Shown here: piece by piece, positions 1 through 8,385 of the stretch
Layout: each line of letters starts with the position of its first letter
Numbering within the stretch: position 1 is the first letter of the stretch
NCBI RefSeq assembly: GCF_003688415.1
Contig: NZ_REFJ01000001.1
Location: 206,645-230,644, forward strand
Source of the DNA: Umboniibacter marinipuniceus
Lineage (GTDB): Bacteria > Pseudomonadota > Gammaproteobacteria > Pseudomonadales > DSM-25080
Direction of reading: 5' to 3'
Length of the DNA stretch: 24,000 nt
Program-made: the position numbers and the translations under genes
The notes under the pieces: generated by a model
What the model saw: only the letters and a program-made list of their open reading frames with translations
Told to the model about the DNA's origin: nothing
Databases searched by the model: none

Positions 1-323
1 AGGCCATTGGTGTGTATCCAACGGGAACTGTTGTTGAGCTATCAACGGGTGATGTTGGAGTGGTAGTCGAGCAGAACTTCGCGCGTCGTCTTCGCCCGGT
101 AGTAGCTATTGTTCGCAATGCGCTTGGTGAAACTTTGGAAAAAATGAAAATTCTCGATATGAGCAGTGATGCTGAGCTTAAATTGTCGAAGGGTGAGTCA
201 CCCATCACCATCAAAGCGGATATTGAGCCCGGAACCATTGATATTGATATTGCCGCCATTCGAGATGGCTATATCAATACTGGCGGCTTTAGCCTTAAAA
301 AGCTTTTTGGCTTTGGCGCATAG
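1..323 (+). CDS. 3' fragment of a signalling protein, probably an HD-GYP-type phosphohydrolase (N-terminus outside the window)
   Basis: Frame 3 is open from the window edge (..AIGVYPTGTVVELSTGDVGVVVEQN..), so the GTG at 12 used by the ORF track is probably internal. The G-x-YP-x-G-x-x-V-x-L-S-x-G block with a variable tail matches, from memory, the C-terminal extension typical of HD-GYP domain proteins. The catalytic domain is not in the window, so the family call is tentative. The ORF ends at TAG 321-323 and is followed by a strong terminator. Confidence 0.45.
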   Translation, partial: AIGVYPTGTVVELSTGDVGVVVEQNFARRLRPVVAIVRNALGETLEKMKILDMSSDAELKLSKGESPITIKADIEPGTIDIDIAAIRDGYINTGGFSLKKLFGFGA

Positions 324-357
324 TCTCTAGACCGCTTAATAGTTATCTGGAAGTATT

Positions 358-393
358 AAAAAACCAAAGGCCGAAACGACCTTTGGTTTTTTT
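358..393. terminator. Bidirectional rho-independent terminator between convergent genes
   Basis: A6 tract (358-363), stem CCAAAGG (364-370) / CCTTTGG (380-386) with a 9-nt loop, then T7 (387-393). It lies between the + strand fragment ending at 323 and psd ending at 463 on the - strand. Confidence 0.75.
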
Positions 394-462
394 GTGCCCC
401 GCTTAAGGCGAACCGCTGGAGTGGATCAGCGCTGATTCAAGGGGGCTGGGTGAGCTAGCGTC

Positions 463-1362
463 TTAAGCATCACTTGATAATTCAGTACTATCATTAAATG
501 CGCCAATCACTTCACCCATGCGAACCGGCGTGCCTGCTGAGAAGCCATCAATCCACTCGCTCGCATCCTTAGGGGTGACCACAATAGCCGTAGAGCCAAG
601 CTTAAAACGCCCCATCTCCGCGCCTTTGGCTAGCTTTACTGAAGGGGAGCGACCCGCCCTGTCAAATTGGCTGACCACAATATCTTTACTCAGCGGGCAA
701 ACTTGACCACCCCAGACGGTTTCTATGCCCGCCACAATCATCGCGCCAACTAGAATAAGCGCAACGGGGCCCTTTGGTGTGTCGAATACGCATACTAAGC
801 GTTCGTTACGGGAAAATAGGCCAGGAACCAATTGAGCGGTTACACCGTTCACGGAGAATAGATCTCCCGGAACATAGATGGCTTTACGCAAAGTCCCGCC
901 GAATGGCATGTGCACGCGGTGGTAATCGCGCGGTGATAAGTAAATGGTTGCAAAGCTACCGTTGGCGAAGGTGTCCGTCAGCTCAGGTTGGGCGCCAAGC
1001 AGGCTATGAAGACTGAAATATTGCCCCTTGGCCTGCATGAGCTGACCATTTTCAATTTTTCCGCACTCGCTAACTACGCCGTCGGCTGGACTCACCAGGG
1101 TATTGTCGCCGGAGTCAATTGGGCGCGCATCGGGCTTTAGTGCCCGAGTGAAGAAGTCATTAAACGAGGCGAAAGCGGTGAGCTCTTGCTCCTGCGCATC
1201 GCTCATATCAATGTCAAACTTCTTTGCAAAGTTGCGAATAAAGGCATCCTTGATCCAGGGTGTTTCGCTGGCTGCTAAGCGGCCTACTACGCGAGAAAGC
1301 GTATGCTGCGGCAACACATGCTGAAGCGCTACGAAGAGTTGATCTGAAAGTTTGGTGCTCAT
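463..1362 (-). CDS. psd: Phosphatidylserine decarboxylase proenzyme
   Basis: 299-aa ORF with full-length Psd-like sequence. It includes the LGST self-cleavage motif (..GRFKLGSTAIVV..) that generates the pyruvoyl group. Its start overlaps the stop of the upstream rhodanese gene (ATGA). The rsgA/psd neighbourhood matches E. coli and Pseudomonas. Confidence 0.95.
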   Translation of the reverse strand: MSTKLSDQLFVALQHVLPQHTLSRVVGRLAASETPWIKDAFIRNFAKKFDIDMSDAQEQELTAFASFNDFFTRALKPDARPIDSGDNTLVSPADGVVSECGKIENGQLMQAKGQYFSLHSLLGAQPELTDTFANGSFATIYLSPRDYHRVHMPFGGTLRKAIYVPGDLFSVNGVTAQLVPGLFSRNERLVCVFDTPKGPVALILVGAMIVAGIETVWGGQVCPLSKDIVVSQFDRAGRSPSVKLAKGAEMGRFKLGSTAIVVTPKDASEWIDGFSAGTPVRMGEVIGAFNDSTELSSDA

Positions 1363-2162
1363 AATTCTACCTGTGTGTCTTCGCGATTACCCCACTCAGA
1401 CCATGAACCATGGTAGGCGCGGATATCGAGTTCTAGAAGGGTGCCAACGAGCCAGGTAAACCCGGACCGGTGGTGTGACTGACAATGGGTGACCGTTGGT
1501 TGTGCGAGGTCAACACCTCGTTGTTGCAAATATTCCTTCGCGTCCGTTCGTATTCGCAAGTTCTTTTGCTGGTCCATTAATTCGGTCCACTCAACATTAA
1601 TGGCGTTGGGCATATGCCCGCCGCGTTGGGCGAGCTGCTTTTCGCCGCTAAACTCTGCCGGTGACCTAGCGTCTATGACCTGAATAGGCTTAGGCGAATT
1701 GAACGAGCTAATTAGCTCGTTAGCTTCAATGAGTTTCTCTGAGGAAATCGAGCCGTTAAAGTCGCCCTCTTCGGGTTCGTGTCCCTTCGTGGAGCAGATG
1801 AAACCCTCATTACGCCACGCTACTAAGCCGCCATTTAGGTAGCTGGTACTGCTAAACCCAAAGAGGTCAAGCGTCCAGAGGAGTCGGCCAGCCCAACCAC
1901 CGCCCTCGTCGTCAAGCGCCACTACCCATGAATCGTGATTGATACCAAGCTGTCGAAGTACGGAGATAAGCTTAGCCTCGGGAGGTATTTTTCCGGGCGC
2001 TGGAAGTGTGCCCACGATGAGCTCGCGAAAATTCAAATTGATGCTCCCCGGAACATGGCCTTGAGCAAAGTGCTCGGGGGAACTCAGATCAACAATCACC
2101 AGACGTGGGTCGTCGAGGTACTCGAGTAGCGCTTCGGGTTCGATTAAGCGTGGCAACTGCAT
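1359..2162 (-). CDS. rhdA: Tandem-domain rhodanese (thiosulfate sulfurtransferase), RhdA-like
   Basis: 267-aa ORF with two rhodanese-like halves. The catalytic loop HCQSHHRSG near the C-terminus is almost identical to the CQTHHRSG loop I recall for Azotobacter vinelandii RhdA. The rhdA-psd adjacency is as in Pseudomonas. An AGGAA Shine-Dalgarno overlaps the rsgA stop codon, 9 nt upstream. Confidence 0.85.
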   Translation of the reverse strand: MQLPRLIEPEALLEYLDDPRLVIVDLSSPEHFAQGHVPGSINLNFRELIVGTLPAPGKIPPEAKLISVLRQLGINHDSWVVALDDEGGGWAGRLLWTLDLFGFSSTSYLNGGLVAWRNEGFICSTKGHEPEEGDFNGSISSEKLIEANELISSFNSPKPIQVIDARSPAEFSGEKQLAQRGGHMPNAINVEWTELMDQQKNLRIRTDAKEYLQQRGVDLAQPTVTHCQSHHRSGFTWLVGTLLELDIRAYHGSWSEWGNREDTQVEL

Positions 2163-2171
2163 TGTTGGTTC

Positions 2172-3188
2172 CTATTTGGGTTGTCCAAGACCTTGAATTA
2201 TCTGCTGGCAAGACTGCCATCGATTCGCCGATATATTACCATTTTCCAGTGCAGCCTGAACAGCACAGCCAGGTTCGCGATCATGATGGCAATCGCGAAA
2301 CTTACAAAGGCCTAAAAAGGGACGAATTTCCTTGAATCCGCCATACACATCGTCGGGTTGCATGTGCCAAAGGGAGAACTCTCGAATTCCTGGTGAATCA
2401 ATCAGATCACCACCGGACGGAAAGTGGAAGAGTTTCGCGGTAGTGGTGGTATGGCGACCCTTCTGTGAGGATTCAGAAAGTGCGCCAACACGCGTATCCG
2501 TTCCGGGCATAAGGGCGTTAATAAGACTACTTTTACCCACTCCGGACTGGCCAACGAATACCGTTGTGTGATCCTTCAAGAATTCAGTTAGCTCACTTAA
2601 ACCTGCCTCATTCACACAGGAGGCGCGAACCACTCGGTAACCGAGCTCTTCGTAGCTATCTACCATACGAATCAGCTTTGCGTGTTTCGCGGGATCAATT
2701 AGGTCGGTCTTGTTGAGTAGCAACACCGGCTCGATATCGTTGGTTTCGGCGGCGATAAGATAGCGATCAATTAAATTAGCATGAGCTTCGGGAAAGGGCG
2801 CTACAACTAACAACATGTGGTTGATATTGGCGGCCACTAATTTTAACTGCCCTCGGTGGTCGGGGCGTTCAAGAATATTATCACGCTCCTCCTGGGCCAC
2901 CACAACACCCGTTGGGTTGCCGTTATGGAAGACGACTCTGTCGCCGGTGACCAAAGCAGGGACGTTCGCGCGCACATGGCAGCGAACAACGTCACCAGTG
3001 AGTTTGGACTCAACATCGATCTGGACGCCGTAGTGAGCAATGACCACACCAAACTCCTCGTCACCTAAGTGAGTGTCTTGAAGCTTTGATTCGGCCTTGT
3101 TGGCACGCTTGCCGGCACGTTCACTGCGCTCGTCTTGAATCTTTTGAATGCGCCAACTTTGACGGCGGGTTAACTTTCTTTTAGCCAT
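2172..3188 (-). CDS. rsgA: Small-subunit ribosome biogenesis GTPase RsgA (YjeQ)
   Basis: 338-aa ORF with the circularly permuted GTPase motif order (NKTDL before the P-loop GQSGVGKSSLINAL). It has a basic N-terminus plus OB-fold region and a C-terminal zinc knuckle, CKFRDCHHDREPGC. Confidence 0.95.
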   Translation of the reverse strand: MAKRKLTRRQSWRIQKIQDERSERAGKRANKAESKLQDTHLGDEEFGVVIAHYGVQIDVESKLTGDVVRCHVRANVPALVTGDRVVFHNGNPTGVVVAQEERDNILERPDHRGQLKLVAANINHMLLVVAPFPEAHANLIDRYLIAAETNDIEPVLLLNKTDLIDPAKHAKLIRMVDSYEELGYRVVRASCVNEAGLSELTEFLKDHTTVFVGQSGVGKSSLINALMPGTDTRVGALSESSQKGRHTTTTAKLFHFPSGGDLIDSPGIREFSLWHMQPDDVYGGFKEIRPFLGLCKFRDCHHDREPGCAVQAALENGNISANRWQSCQQIIQGLGQPK

Positions 3189-3194
3189 AATGCA

Positions 3195-3218
3195 ATTCGG
3201 GTCCCTAGGGACCCGAAT
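3195..3218. repeat. Perfect 24-bp palindrome ATTCGGGTCCCT|AGGGACCCGAAT (potential 10-bp stem, CUAG loop hairpin)
   Basis: Read directly from the sequence. It lies 24 nt after the M16 protease stop (3243) and 6 nt before the rsgA ATG (3188) on the - strand. The only SD-like element for rsgA (AGGGA) lies inside its 3' arm. No U-tract follows it on the - strand. Confidence 0.6.
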
Positions 3219-3242
3219 AATAGCGTACTTAGCAACAAATAG

Positions 3243-6086
3243 TTACTCTGTAGGCTGAAGTTCTACAATGGGTAGGCCTAAGGCCTGAAGGTCTTCATAA
3301 ACAGTTGCCTTATCACCCACTACGACGATGGCGAGGCGATCATCAGTTATCAACCGATTCGCCAAGGCGTTTAGCTCATTAAGCTGGGCATTGGCGAGCG
3401 CTTCGTTACGCTGATCAAGGTACGACGCATCAACGTTGTAGGTAGCCATTTGGCTAATCAAACGAAGCTTCTGCGATGGTGTCTCGTAGGCGCGAGCGTC
3501 ACGCTGGCTGTAGGCGGAACGCATGAAGTTGAGTTCTGCTTCAGTCATGCCTTCTGCCTTGAATGCGGCTAGCTCAGCTAAAACTTCCTGAATGGAAGCT
3601 AGCGTTGAGTCGGCGCGAACCTCCGCGCTGACAATAAAGGTTCCCGTTTCCATATCACCGCTGAACCCAGATCTCGCACCGTAGGTATACCCTTTATCCT
3701 CACGGAGGTTCTGGTTAATACGACTATTGAAGTTGCCGCCGAGATTGAAGTTCATGAGCTGAGCATGCCAGTAGTCACCGTTAACATCCCAGAGCGGGCC
3801 GTTCGTAGCGATACGAATGGAGCTTTGAGCGGCTTCGGGCTTATCCATGAAGTAAATGGTATTCGCTTCAGGTGCTTGCCAGCTGATTTGTTCAATGGGA
3901 CGCTCTTGCATAGCCACAGCAATTTCACCAAGCGGAGATAATGCGCTGAGCACCTCTTCTTGGCTGAGGTTTGAACTAACGAGCACAATTGCCATTTGCT
4001 CTGGGAAGTTAGCGGAGTAAAAGCTGACGAGGTCATCGCGGCTAATATTACTAACGCTTTCAGTAGTACCAGAGCTTGGGTGAGCAAGCGGATTGCTCGG
4101 CTTACCCATTGCTTGGTTCAAAGCATCTTGAGCTAGGGCGGGGCCGCTGGTCTTTGACTGCTGGATGCCCTGAAGTATTTCTCCGCGAATTCGCTCTACG
4201 TCGGCCTCGTTGAAGGCTGGGTTAAGCAGGCGTTCAACCAAAATTTCCATCCCGCCATCAAGCGTATCAGTTAGCACTGACAAGCTAGCACTTGCTTGGT
4301 AGTCACTCATGTTAAAGCCAACGCTCGCGCCAATACGTTCCTGCATGGCATCAAGTTCAGCGAGACTGTAGTTGGTGGTCGCTTCGCTCATCAGCGCAGC
4401 AGTAAAGCTTGATAAGCCCTCTTGCCCTGGCTCGAGGTCTCGCTGGCCCACTTCAAAGCCAACAACAACGCGGCTAGTTGGTGTTTCGGTATTGGTTACA
4501 CCAAGCACACGAACACCGTTGGCAAGCTCGCCTTCCCAGATAGTTGGCAAGCTAATTGGCTTGGCATTTGGGACGGCTGGACGAGCACTTCGATCGAAGC
4601 TATCCGTAGCGGGACGGAAGGCCAAACCACTCATCGGCTCTTCGGGAGCAAGTTGCTCCACTTCGTGGTTATCTGCGCCCGCAGCAAGTTCCGTCATCCC
4701 CATTGGCACAACGCTCACGATGACGGCAGGTTTGCCAACAATGAAGCGATTGAATGCATCGGTAACCTGATCGGCGGTGACAGCGCGGTAGCGAGAAAGC
4801 TCGTTAGCCATACCATTCGGCGTGCCGAGGAAGGTCTCGTAGTAGGCGAGCTGTCGGACTTTTCCGGATACTGACTGCAGACCGAATACTTGGCTGCGTT
4901 CAACATCTGTAATGAAACGAGCGACGTCGTCATCGCTTACACCGCGGGCTACGAACTCGTCAAAACTCTCGCGAACAGCTTGTTCCATATCGGCAAGATT
5001 TTCACCAGTTTGGCGATTCTGCACAACGATAGCCGTCATGGTGCAGGCGAGCTCAGAACAACTGTGATTCAGGCTAGCCGATAGCGCTCGACCCGTTTGC
5101 ACAAGGTTCTTGTAGAGAATAGAAGATGCACCTTGGCCGATGATCTTCGCAGCGGCATCGAGTGCTGGCTCGTCTTGATCGAACAGACTGACGGTTGGGA
5201 AAGACATGGCCAATGCTGGCATGAAGATACGATCTTCTAGGGTGGCGTAGCGATCGCTGTCCAGTACCGCTGGCATCGCTGGCATCTTCTCGACTTCGGG
5301 GCCCGCTGGAATAGAGCCGAAGTACTTAACCACCATTTCCAGTGTTTCGCTGACGTCGATGTCGCCACCAATGGTCAGCGTAGCGTTGTTAGGTCCATAC
5401 CAGCGCAGGAAGAACTGTTTGACTGCATCAACTTGCGCACGGTTTAAATCGTCCATGTGACCAATAACCGGCCAAGAGTATGGGTGGCCGGCGGGATAGG
5501 TGTGCATCGCCATGGTTTCCCAAACGCGGCCATATGGGGCGTTATCAACGCGCTGACCGCGCTCGTTTTTAACGGTCTCGCGCTGGTTCTCGAAGGTCTC
5601 TTCGGTGATGGCATCCAGCAAAAATCCCATACGATCCGACTCAAGCCATAATAGCGTGGCGAGCTGATTAGATGGTGCGGTGTTGAAATAGTTGGTGCGA
5701 TCGCTATTCGTGGTGCCGTTTAAGGTGCCGCCAGACTCGGTGATGATGCCGAAGTGTTCTTCATCAGCAACGTGCTCTGAGCCCTGGAACATCATGTGCT
5801 CAAAGAAGTGTGCGAAGCCGGAGTAGCCAACCTGTTCACGCGCTGAACCGACGTGATAAGTGACATCCACATCTACTAGCGGGTCTGATAGATCTTGGTG
5901 GAGCACCACCGTAAGGCCGTTATCAAGCTCAAATTTCTGATATGAAATGACCACATCATCTGGCGTTGAGTTGACGGTTTCAACGAGGCGCACACCGGCC
6001 GGTAAAACAAGTTCGTCTGACGAATTGTTTTGCTGGCAACCAGTGACCACGAAGATAGCGAGGGAAAACGCAAGCAGCTTCTTCAT
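3243..6086 (-). CDS. M16 (pitrilysin/insulinase) family zinc metalloprotease lipoprotein with a two-module PqqL-like architecture
   Basis: 947-aa ORF. It has a lipoprotein signal peptide with lipobox VTG|C (MKKLLAFSLAIFVVTGCQQ). The inverted zinc motif HFFEH (HxxEH) is in the first module. A second M16-like half without an obvious HxxEH occupies the C-terminal ~450 aa. Confidence 0.9.
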   Translation of the reverse strand: MKKLLAFSLAIFVVTGCQQNNSSDELVLPAGVRLVETVNSTPDDVVISYQKFELDNGLTVVLHQDLSDPLVDVDVTYHVGSAREQVGYSGFAHFFEHMMFQGSEHVADEEHFGIITESGGTLNGTTNSDRTNYFNTAPSNQLATLLWLESDRMGFLLDAITEETFENQRETVKNERGQRVDNAPYGRVWETMAMHTYPAGHPYSWPVIGHMDDLNRAQVDAVKQFFLRWYGPNNATLTIGGDIDVSETLEMVVKYFGSIPAGPEVEKMPAMPAVLDSDRYATLEDRIFMPALAMSFPTVSLFDQDEPALDAAAKIIGQGASSILYKNLVQTGRALSASLNHSCSELACTMTAIVVQNRQTGENLADMEQAVRESFDEFVARGVSDDDVARFITDVERSQVFGLQSVSGKVRQLAYYETFLGTPNGMANELSRYRAVTADQVTDAFNRFIVGKPAVIVSVVPMGMTELAAGADNHEVEQLAPEEPMSGLAFRPATDSFDRSARPAVPNAKPISLPTIWEGELANGVRVLGVTNTETPTSRVVVGFEVGQRDLEPGQEGLSSFTAALMSEATTNYSLAELDAMQERIGASVGFNMSDYQASASLSVLTDTLDGGMEILVERLLNPAFNEADVERIRGEILQGIQQSKTSGPALAQDALNQAMGKPSNPLAHPSSGTTESVSNISRDDLVSFYSANFPEQMAIVLVSSNLSQEEVLSALSPLGEIAVAMQERPIEQISWQAPEANTIYFMDKPEAAQSSIRIATNGPLWDVNGDYWHAQLMNFNLGGNFNSRINQNLREDKGYTYGARSGFSGDMETGTFIVSAEVRADSTLASIQEVLAELAAFKAEGMTEAELNFMRSAYSQRDARAYETPSQKLRLISQMATYNVDASYLDQRNEALANAQLNELNALANRLITDDRLAIVVVGDKATVYEDLQALGLPIVELQPTE

Positions 6087-6244
6087 TTTTTGAGTCCATA
6101 GTTGTTTTTTTCGAGGTATTAGTATTGCACAAATAACGGGAGGGTTACAGTAGTTGCGGTTGAAACTAATGGCCTTTCAATGTGGATTCTACGTGGGGCG
6201 TTAAGCTGTGCTATCATCGCTGGGATCTTTTTTAGGAATTCACT

Positions 6245-6787
6245 ATGTCTGCTGATCAGCGTTTAATTTGGATCGATCTTGAGATGACGGGCCTCGAGCC
6301 AGAGATTGATACCATTCTTGAAATAGCCACCATCGTCACCGACGCCCAGCTGAATGTGTTAGCTGAAGGTCCTAGTATCGCAATTCGCCATAGTGCGGAG
6401 GCTCTCTCGGCAATGAACGAATGGTGCGTTGAGCACCATGGTCAATCGGGCCTTACTGAGCGCTGCCTTAACAGTGAAATCGACCTCGCCCAGGCTGAAG
6501 CTATGACGCTAGAATTTCTGCGACAGTGGGTACCTAGCGGTGTGTCGCCCATCTGCGGTAATTCGGTAGGTCAAGATCGCCGGTTTCTAGTCAAGTATAT
6601 GCCGCTACTCGAGTCCTATTTTCACTATCGTATGATTGATGTCTCCACGCTCAAGGAATTGGCGCGTCGCTGGAGCCCAGCCACCCTCGATCAGGTGAAA
6701 AAGAAAGGTGCTCATCTCGCTTTAGACGACATTCACGATTCTATTGCTGAGCTGGTGGTCTATCGAGAGCAGCTGTTCAAGCTCTAG
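6245..6787 (+). CDS. orn: Oligoribonuclease
   Basis: 180-aa ORF with DEDDh exonuclease signatures ([11 protein letters not shown]..., ...[11 protein letters not shown]...). It is full-length Orn-like, with an AGGA SD 8 nt upstream, and is adjacent to rsgA/queG as in E. coli. Confidence 0.95.
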   Translation: MSADQRLIWIDLEMTGLEPEIDTILEIATIVTDAQLNVLAEGPSIAIRHSAEALSAMNEWCVEHHGQSGLTERCLNSEIDLAQAEAMTLEFLRQWVPSGVSPICGNSVGQDRRFLVKYMPLLESYFHYRMIDVSTLKELARRWSPATLDQVKKKGAHLALDDIHDSIAELVVYREQLFKL

Positions 6788-7884
6788 GATCGTCTGCTTT
6801 TGCGCCGGCGCTTGCGCTGTGACTGCTGACGCTCAATTGCCCATTGGATGTGTTCGTTGAGCATCTCGCTGAGGTTTTCATCAAGGCGCTGTTTCAGCAG
6901 CGTTACATGCTCATCATTGCTAGGCGCGTTTCCGAGCCCCACGGCCAAATTTCGCAGAAAGTTATGATAGCCAGTTCGACGTAGCGGCGAACCAATAGTA
7001 GCCGCTAAGAATTCGTCCTCCGTCCAGCGGAAGAGGCGCGATAGGTCGGCACTGTCGAGGTCATTGCGTGGGGAAAAATCTTCCTCTTGGGTGGTGGCGG
7101 CCTGTTTGTTCCATGGGCAAATGATTTGGCAGTCATCGCAGCCGAAAACCCGATTACCGATAGCCTCGCGAAACTCCAGTGGAATCGGACCAGAGTTCTC
7201 AATGGTTAAGTACGAGATACAGCGCTTAACCTCAAGTTGGTAGGGGGCCACGAAGGCGTCGGTGGGGCAGACCTTAAGACACGCTTCGCAATCATCGCAA
7301 CGGTCGTGGTCGTCGGGTTGATCAATCGGCAACTCCAGGTCAGTATAAATTTCGCCGAGAAAAAAATAGCTGCCGTCTTCTGGGTGGATGATCAATGAAT
7401 TCTTTCCCACCCAGCCATGACCTGCTTTACGAGCGAGCGCTTTCTCCATGACGGGAGCTGAATCGACTAGGGCTCGTTGAGCACTCCCGGGGTAGGCGGT
7501 AGCAATTTTTGCTGCGAGTTTAGCTAAGCGTTTACGAACAAGCTTGTGATAGTCTCTGCCTAGCGCGTAGCGCGAAATATAAGCCGTGTTTTCTTGTTTA
7601 AGTGGTGCCACGAGGTCGACGTCGGCGGGCAAGTAGTTGAGTCTCACAGAGATCACACGTTGTGTCCCAGCTAACAGTGAGTTGGGGGTATAGCGCATGT
7701 CGCCGTGGTCTGTCATCCACTCTAAGGGCATGTGCATACTTTTTCCCAGCCAGGCTTTTAAGCGCGCAGCATCCAAGTCAAGATCCGTGTCAGTGATACG
7801 GACGTCGTTGAAGCCAAGCTCCGCACCCCAAGCCTTGATCTGGTTGGCGGCTATTTGCAGACTATGAGAATGCGTTTGAGTCAT
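6784..7884 (-). CDS. queG: Epoxyqueuosine reductase (cobalamin/4Fe-4S)
   Basis: Collinear with E. coli QueG from [25 protein letters not shown] (E. coli MSEPLDLNQLAQKIKQWGLELGF). Two ferredoxin-type clusters are present ([12 protein letters not shown] and [11 protein letters not shown]), along with the [10 protein letters not shown] block. I place the start at ATG 7884 rather than the track's 7983, because the extra 33 codons have no counterpart in QueG. No clear SD precedes either start. Confidence 0.88.
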   Translation of the reverse strand: MTQTHSHSLQIAANQIKAWGAELGFNDVRITDTDLDLDAARLKAWLGKSMHMPLEWMTDHGDMRYTPNSLLAGTQRVISVRLNYLPADVDLVAPLKQENTAYISRYALGRDYHKLVRKRLAKLAAKIATAYPGSAQRALVDSAPVMEKALARKAGHGWVGKNSLIIHPEDGSYFFLGEIYTDLELPIDQPDDHDRCDDCEACLKVCPTDAFVAPYQLEVKRCISYLTIENSGPIPLEFREAIGNRVFGCDDCQIICPWNKQAATTQEEDFSPRNDLDSADLSRLFRWTEDEFLAATIGSPLRRTGYHNFLRNLAVGLGNAPSNDEHVTLLKQRLDENLSEMLNEHIQWAIERQQSQRKRRRKSRRS

Positions 7885-7995
7885 AACACTCGCGTCAGTT
7901 AACGGTGGAATTGCTGCTATCATCAATAGAGACGATTTGCGAATTTTAGCGTATAAGTTATACACAATCACGATTTCATTCACGGAGATGACAAT

Positions 7996-8316
7996 ATGAA
8001 TAAAGCTAAGTTAGCTACTTTAATTTTTGGGCTCGCCGCAAGTTCTGTAGTACTCGGTGCAGGAGATCCCGCAGCAGGTCAAGCTAAGGCTGCCGTCTGC
8101 GCAGCGTGTCACGGGGCCGATGGTAAAGCCGTGATTCCAGGGTATCCAAATCTAGCAGGCCAGAATGAACTCTACCTGGTCAATTCCATGAAGGCCTACC
8201 GCAGTGGTGACCGCAAGCCTGTCGGCAACGGTGCGGTGATGGCTGGTCAAGCTGCCGCCTTGTCAGACGCTGATATAGAGAATCTGGCAGCGTATTTCGC
8301 GGCCATGGCGAACTAA
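7996..8316 (+). CDS. Periplasmic mono-haem class I c-type cytochrome (c4/c5/c553-like single domain)
   Basis: 106-aa ORF with a Sec signal peptide ([22 protein letters not shown]|G). It has a single CAACH haem-binding motif and a downstream Met (..GAVMAGQ..) as the likely sixth ligand. A GGAGA SD lies 6-7 nt upstream. Confidence 0.85.
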   Translation: MNKAKLATLIFGLAASSVVLGAGDPAAGQAKAAVCAACHGADGKAVIPGYPNLAGQNELYLVNSMKAYRSGDRKPVGNGAVMAGQAAALSDADIENLAAYFAAMAN

Positions 8317-8385
8317 CTTTAACTCGAGCCTTGCAACTCGCTTTGTAACACGAAACACTAGTTAGAAACGAAGCGGAGACGAGCC

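Noticed and set aside
4372-4874. Two overlapping plus-strand ORFs (132 and 150 aa) inside the M16 protease gene.
   Set aside because: They are antisense shadow ORFs within a well-supported 947-aa gene. They overlap one another in different frames and have no RBS or family resemblance.
7885-7983. 33-codon N-terminal extension of queG given by the ORF track ([33 protein letters not shown]).
   Set aside because: It has no counterpart in QueG, since alignment to E. coli QueG begins at MTQTHS. It would leave only 12 bp for the divergent cytochrome c promoter and RBS region. It is retained only as an alternative start.
7885-8316. The idea that the adjacent cytochrome c is the electron donor for the cobalamin/Fe-S enzyme QueG.
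   Set aside because: The cytochrome has a clear Sec signal peptide and a covalent haem motif, so it is periplasmic. QueG is cytoplasmic, so a direct redox partnership is topologically implausible.
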